Source: Candidatus Eiseniibacteriota bacterium (GTDB lineage: Bacteria; Eisenbacteria; RBG-16-71-46). Taken from it: a DNA stretch of 64,000 nt. Below the pieces are notes generated by a model. The model saw nothing but the letters and a program-made list of their open reading frames with translations, made no database searches and was not told the DNA's origin. Both the position numbers and the translations under genes were made by a program. Where the stretch lies: NCBI GenBank assembly GCA_963717505.1, contig OY970342.1, positions 4,098,541 through 4,162,540 on the forward strand, written 5' to 3'. Positions 59,178 through 64,000 of the stretch are shown in pieces (positions within the stretch are counted from its first letter, which is position 1; the number at the start of each line of letters is the position of its first letter).

Positions 59178-61332
59178 AGTTCAGAGCTTTGCCTTGCGGC
59201 TAACCCCTCTCTTTAACCTTCCGGCACCGGGCAGGTGTCACTCCCTATACGTCGCCTCATCGGCTTAGCAGAGAGATGTGTTTTTGGTAAACAGTCGCTT
59301 GACTCCATTCACTGCGGCCCGATGTGTTTACGGGAGCAAGTCCCTTCGCACATCAGGCACCCCTTCTTCCGAAGTTACGGGGCTATTTTGCCTAGTTCCT
59401 TCTGCAAGACTCACTCGAGCACCTTAGGATACTCACCCCACCTACCTGTGTCGGTTTCCGGTACGGTCGCCAAAAGGACTCGCTACGAGGCTTTTCTCGG
59501 CAGCATGTTTAGGATCAGTTGGCTCGCCTTTCGGCTCGTTTCCCCATCACCTCTCGGAGTTAATGACCCACCGGATTTGCCTGGCGGATCCTCCTACGAG
59601 CTTGGACCGGCACTTCCAATCGCCGGCTGATCGGTCACTTCTGCGTCACCCCTTCGCGTCTTGGTCGCCCTTTCAGCGGTGCAGGAATATTGACCTGCTT
59701 TCCATCGGCTACGCCTTTCGGCCTCGCCTAAGGGTCCGACTAACCCTGAGCGGATTAACCTTCCTCAGGAAACCTTAGGTTTTCGGTGAACGGGTTTCTC
59801 GCCCGTTTTCTCGCTACTCGTTCCGGCATAATCACTTCTGCTTCGTCCACCCAACCTTGTCGGTTGAGCTTCACCCTAATGCAGAACGCTCCCCTACCAG
59901 ACGACTTTCGTCGAATTCAGAGCTTCGGTGGCGGACTTCAGTCCCGCACATTATCGGCGCGGAACCCCTTGACCAGTGAGCTATTACGCACTCTTTAAAT
60001 GGTGGCTGCTTCTAAGCCAACATCCTGGCTGTCTAAGCGATCCCACATCCTTACGCACTTAGCCCGCACTCTGGGACCTTAGCTGCTGATCTGGGTTGTT
60101 CCCCTCTCGTCTACGAAGCTTATCCCTCGTAGGCTGACTCCCGCGATAGATGTCAACGGCATTCGGAGTTTGAATGGGTTTGGTATCCTGGTGGGGACCC
60201 TAGCCCAATCAGTGCTCTACCTCCGCGACACATTTACGCGAGGCTATGGCTAAACATATTTCGGGGAGAACCAGCTATCACGTGGTTTGATTGGCCTTTC
60301 ACCCCTACCCACGGCTCATCCGAGAACTTTTCAACGTTAACCGGTTCGGACCTCCACGGACTGTGACATCCGCTTCATCCTGGCCATGGGTAGATCACAC
60401 ACGCTTCGGGTCTACCGCCTGCAACTGGTCGCCCATTTCGGACTCGCTTTCGCTACGGCTCCGCGTCTTAAACGCTTAACCTTGCTGCAGACGAGTAACT
60501 CGCCGGATCATTATGCAAAAGGCACGCCGTCAGCCGCTTGCGGAGCAAGCTCCGCATTAGGCCTCCGACCGCTTGTAGGCACATGGTTTCAGGTTCTATT
60601 TCACTCTCCACCTGGAGTCCTTTTCACCTTTCCCTCACGGTACTGGTTCACTATCGGTCACGAGGGAGTATTTAGCCTTACGAGATGGTCCTCGCAGATT
60701 CCCGCCGGATTTCACGTGTCCTGCGGTACTTGGGAGTTCATTAAGAGAGCCAACGCACTTTCGCCTACAGGGCTATCACCTTCTTTGGCCTGACTTCCCA
60801 GACAATTCGGCTAGCGTGTTGGTTGGTAACTCTCCGGCTCTACGCCGAATGAATCCCACGACACCTCCGCACGCAAGCGTGCTCGGGTTTAGGCTGTTCC
60901 CCTTTCGCTCGCCGCTACTTGGGGAATCGAGATTTCTTTCTTCTCCTGGAGGTACTGAGATGTCTCACTTCCCTCCGTTCGCTTCGCTCCGCCTATGGAT
61001 TCAGCGGGCGATGACGGGACATGACTCCCGCCGGGTTCCCCCATTCGGACACCCCCGGGTCGAAGCTTGTTTGCAGCTCACCGGGGCTTATCGCAGCTTA
61101 CCGCGTCCTTCGTCGCCTCCTCGTGCCAAGGCATCCACCATGCGCCCTTAGTAGCTTGACCGGATAAATATCAAACTAAGGCGCTGATAACTCAGCGTCT
61201 ACCCAGCGTCTCGTATTCGATTGTCAAAGAGCATCCTGCGGAACGAGTCCGCAGCGGGCGCCCGAGGCGCCCATGAAGATCTATGCTTCCGCTCGTTCGC
61301 AGTGCGAGAGCAGAAGTCTCTCTTCGGGACAT

Positions 61333-61408
61333 TGGTGGAGATAGCGGGGCTCGAACCCGCAGCCTCCGGCTTGCAAAGCCGGCGCTCTCCCAGTTGAGCT
61401 ATATCCCC
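61333..61408 (-). tRNA. tRNA-Ala(TGC)
   Basis: GGGGATATAGCTCAACTGGGAGAGCG..TTGCAA..GTTCGAG..CCACCA, 76 nt. Confidence 0.97.
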
Positions 61409-61447
61409 AGGAAACCGATGCGGCGAATTCTACCGCCGCCGGGAGCA

Positions 61448-61524
<77 letters not shown>

Positions 61525-61769
61525 ATGCCTCGAGAGGTTCGGGCCGTGTCGTGAGTGGAGCTCGTCCAAAAGCCCTCCCCCGTGGTCCCAAGGGAACCGA
61601 GCCTGGGCGTGCACCGGAGGGACGATTCGAGCCCGGCCGGACATGCCGACCAGGCTCGGTATCCCAGCCCCAAGCTCCAAAAGAGAGATGAATAGCGCAC
61701 GGCCCGGAAAAGATCCGGGAGGTTTGACCTGGGATAGATCCTCGACCGAAGTCGAAGATCGGTTCTCCC

Positions 61770-63330
<1,561 letters not shown>

Positions 63331-63525
63331 AAAAAAACGGAGATCATGCCTTTGGAACCGAAGTCCCATCAGCAAGGATCTGTTTTATTCAAGTTGAAAC
63401 CCATCCTCACGTGCATGAAGCACGCGAGAAGGGACCTCGCCGGCTTTTCTCGGGTCACGTGCGCTATTCAGTTTTCAATGAGCGACACAAATTTCCGCCC
63501 TTCCGGACAGAAAAGGCGGACGGGG

Positions 63526-63625
63526 AATCTAGCCTCGTCGACTGTGGAAGTCAATGGATGCTGCGCTGCTGAGAGGCGTTCCCTGCGGCACACGGCAATA
63601 TAGTGGGGTGCCCCCAGGGTGTCAA
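63526..63625 (-). promoter_or_regulatory. Tandem rRNA promoters P1 and P2
   Basis: TTGACA-N17-TATATT (63625..63597) and TTGACT-N17-TAGATT (63554..63526). Leader GTGCGCTATTCA is complementary to spacer TGAATAGCGCAC (16S processing stem). Confidence 0.85.
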
Positions 63626-63675
63626 GGGCAGGAGGGCTCGGCCAACTTCCAGAATTACCGCCGGTTAGAGCGAGC

Positions 63676-64000
63676 TCAGGGAATGAAGCGCTTCATCTTC
63701 CTTCCCACCCTCAGCACGAAGCCGCTGCCCAGATCCGGCGAAGCATCGGCTGAAGTCACTCGGTCGCCATCCAAGCTGACCGCGCCCTGCTCGATGAGCC
63801 TCCTCGCCATGGATTTGCTTGGGGCAAGGCCACTACCCACAACCACTTCGACGATCGATGCCTTGCTGGACTTGCCGAGGGCAGCGGTCACTTCAGCGGG
63901 CCCGAAGCCCTCGACCGATTCCGGGACTTCCCGTCGGCTGAACTGGGCCTCGAAGTCCGCCCCGGCGCGATCGGCGGCCGCCGACCCGTGGTACATCGAG
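63676..64000 (-). CDS. tyrS: Tyrosine-tRNA ligase C-terminal S4 domain (5' part outside window)
   Basis: YHG..A..A..DF..F, GLAPSKSMARRLIEQGAVSLDG, LRVGRK. Confidence 0.85.
   Translation of the reverse strand, partial: SMYHGSAAADRAGADFEAQFSRREVPESVEGFGPAEVTAALGKSSKASIVEVVVGSGLAPSKSMARRLIEQGAVSLDGDRVTSADASPDLGSGFVLRVGRKMKRFIP

Noticed and set aside
60527-60570. Slightly extended 23S helix-25 hairpin as an intervening sequence
   Set aside because: Only a short extension, within normal variable-region range.

Overview
High-GC, gene-dense bacterial chromosome segment. Several proteins (C-terminal FlgD/T9SS-A-like tail, Ig plus dockerin-like paralogs, DUF5916) resemble those of FCB-related candidate phyla such as Ca. 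Eisenbacteria; this is an inference and was not searched. The left part holds accessory, envelope and metabolic genes: DUF5916, a lipoprotein flanked by a 22-bp direct repeat, a CMD/ThDP-enzyme/cyclase cassette, an ABC ATPase plus permease-M1 peptidase fusion, three tandem Ig-dockerin-like paralogs, and thiolase-LeuA-like-TPR/TonB-LeuB. The middle has a CHAT protease, RsbU-like phosphatase, mtgA, msrB, GT2 plus barrel, an M16 pair and an acyl-CoA carboxyltransferase. The right part has EF-G2-yebC-ruvC-ruvA-ruvB-queA, sppA, and a complete minus-strand rRNA operon (16S-tRNA-Ile-tRNA-Ala-23S-5S) downstream of the tyrS 3' end. The clearest unusual feature is two group I introns in the 23S gene, at E. 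coli-equivalent positions L1917 (ORF-less, 283 nt) and L1951 (695 nt, LAGLIDADG endonuclease), separated by a 34-nt exon. No CRISPR array, transposase or integrase was seen.
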